Below, piece by piece: positions 62,501 through 64,000 of a stretch of DNA of 64,000 nucleotides (positions within the stretch are counted from its first letter, which is position 1; each line of letters opens with the position of its first letter). The position numbers and the translations under genes were made by a program. This stretch comes from Dimorphilus gyrociliatus (Eukaryota; Animalia; Annelida). Location of the stretch: positions 186,001 through 250,000 of the forward strand of contig CAJFCJ010000019.1 in NCBI GenBank assembly GCA_904063045.1, given 5' to 3'. The notes beneath the pieces were generated by a model, which had not been told where the DNA came from, did no database searches, and saw only the letters and a program-made list of their open reading frames with translations.

Positions 62501-64000
62501 CACAAAAATGTCCAACCTGACATAACATAGCTGCACAGGTAGTTTTTGGTTTAACACAGACAGCATCAGTTGGGCAAGGAGGGACTAAACATGGATGAAC
62601 TTTCTCTTCGCAGATTTCTCCAAGTTCACATTTAATATCATCACATGAATTTTTTGGTGGTTTAATATCATGACATTCGCCAATAGGTCCTGGGCATTCA
62701 CCATTAGCAAGACAACCACGAGTAATAATCATGCAATTTTGGTCTTTTCTACAATTAGCTTTGACGCAAACTGGGTCAAGAACACATCTAGCTTCACCAT
62801 TCTCTTCTACACAAAAATGTCCAACCCGACATAACATAGCGGCACAGGTAGTTTGTTGTTTTACACAAACAGCACTAGTTGGGCAAGGAGGAACTAAACA
62901 TGGATGAACTTTTTCTTTGCAATATTCACCAATGTTGCACTTCTTATATTGGCATTTGTTTTTAGGGACACAGCGTGCAATAGGTTTCTTACAAACAAAA
63001 CCAGGAATGCAAATCGATGTTGCTATTTCACAGCTTTCACCTTCTTTACATTTTTTGCAGAGATCGTTTGGTACGCATTTTAAGAATTGCTTGCAGGGTG
63101 CCTTTTTACATACGACAGTTTCAACTTTGCATTCTTCATTTGGTCTACATCTCTCACAAGTTGCCAATTCACATCGTGGATTTTTGTAGCATGGGGCGGT
63201 TACGCATTCGATGTCATCTTCAATGCAAACTTCGCCTGTACCACATTTCTTGTCTCGACAAGACGTAGGTTCTCTACATTTGCATATAGGACATCCGTTT
63301 AATTGTTCAAATCCATTTTCGCAGAACATTTCACACATGTATTTTGCACAGCCGCACGTTTTTGTTTCTTCATCGCAAACTTGGTTTTTAGGGCAATCGG
63401 AGTTTTTGCTGCAAGTTTCTGATTTCACACAACGGGGGTTTTTGTAGCATGGAGCAGTTACACATTGGATATCATCTTCGATACAAGTTTCTCCGGGACC
63501 ACATCTTTTGTCCAAGCAAGACTCTGATTTTCTACATTTGCATATAGGACATCCGTTTAATTGTTCAAATCCATCTTCGCAGAACAGAGTACACATGATT
63601 TTTGAACAGCCGCATGTTTTTGTTTCTTCATCGCAAACTTGGTTTTCAAGACAATCGGAGTTCTTACTACATTTGGGTACTGGTGATGGGTTACATGTGC
63701 AAGTGGGGCATCCATTTTTATCCATAACGTTACCGTGTTCACAAAAGATTGCGCACACGGGTGGACATTCTAATAATAAAGAAAATATTGGTAATTGAAA
63801 CTAATAATATACTAAGAGAATAATTTATACCTTGCTTGACGCATTGAGCAATCATACGACAAGGAGAGTGAGGGAAACAGTTTGGTTCTGGGAGCACTTT
63901 ACAAACAGTTCCTTGTTGACATGTTACAGCAGCACATGATGTTGGTGGTTGCGGTGGTAGAGGAGGAGGAGGACCATTGCATTTACACTCTTCACAGCCG
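59573..64000 (-). CDS. Large cysteine-rich protein with many antistasin-type and follistatin-N-like modules (5' part beyond window; introns 63771-63830, 61131-61192, 59705-59775; 3' end uncertain)
   Basis: Repeated C-x-x-x-C-x-x-G-[FWY]-x-x-D-x-x-GC-x-x-C-x-C antistasin motifs and C-x4-C-x2-G-x2-C modules. ORFs 61185-63758 and 59728-60984 join in frame via a 62-nt intron. Confidence 0.85.
60030..60780 (-). repeat. Five near-identical 150-bp (50-aa) coding tandem repeats
   Basis: Anchor ttaggagag/ttaggagcag recurs at 60161, 60311, 60461, 60611 and 60761. Confidence 0.92.
62390..62960 (-). repeat. Two about 309-bp coding repeats (EKVHPCLVPPCPT..TTCAAMLC.VGHFCVEENGEARC)
   Basis: Near-identical nucleotide blocks at about 62478-62620 and 62787-62930. 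Confidence 0.85.
63165..63680 (-). repeat. Two 255-bp (85-aa) coding tandem repeats
   Basis: CSKNSDC..NQVCDEETKTCGC...GFEQLNGCPICKC...CVTAPCYKNPRC occurs twice. Confidence 0.88.

Noticed and set aside
59816-63798. Multiple plus-strand ORFs over the cysteine-rich gene
   Set aside because: Antisense shadows of repetitive Cys codons.

Overview
AT-rich, gene-dense eukaryotic (animal) genomic DNA. Most introns are about 50-75 nt GT-AG, mixed with very large exons. The gene content (antistasin-repeat protein, Mcr-type TEP, FRMD6-type Expanded homologue) points to a compact-genome invertebrate, probably a spiralian; a miniaturised annelid such as Dimorphilus is an unverified guess. Genes in order: first coding exon of an unidentified minus-strand gene, ARFGEF3/BIG3 (+), TALPID3/KIAA0586 (-), FKBP6/shutdown (+), orphan type-I membrane protein (-), divergent actin (-), CCDC61 (+), dynamin (+), PPP4R3/SMEK (+), FRMD6/Expanded-like (-), thioester-less Mcr/CD109-like TEP (+), THADA (+) with a GT32 DXD glycosyltransferase nested antisense in one intron, an orphan Gln-rich protein (-), and a giant antistasin/follistatin-N-type cysteine-rich protein (-) running off the window end. 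No CRISPR array, rRNA, tRNA or intact transposon was recognised. Best new signal: dynamin has a tandem-duplicated exon pair for the N-terminal GED helix, separated by only 34 nt (likely mutually exclusive). A downstream intronic element is complementary to both exons and to the second exon's 3' splice site, a candidate competing RNA-structure splicing switch. Two candidate 9-nt microexons and a His-rich cassette exon lie in the same gene. All exon structures were assembled by eye; no database searches or folding calculations were run.
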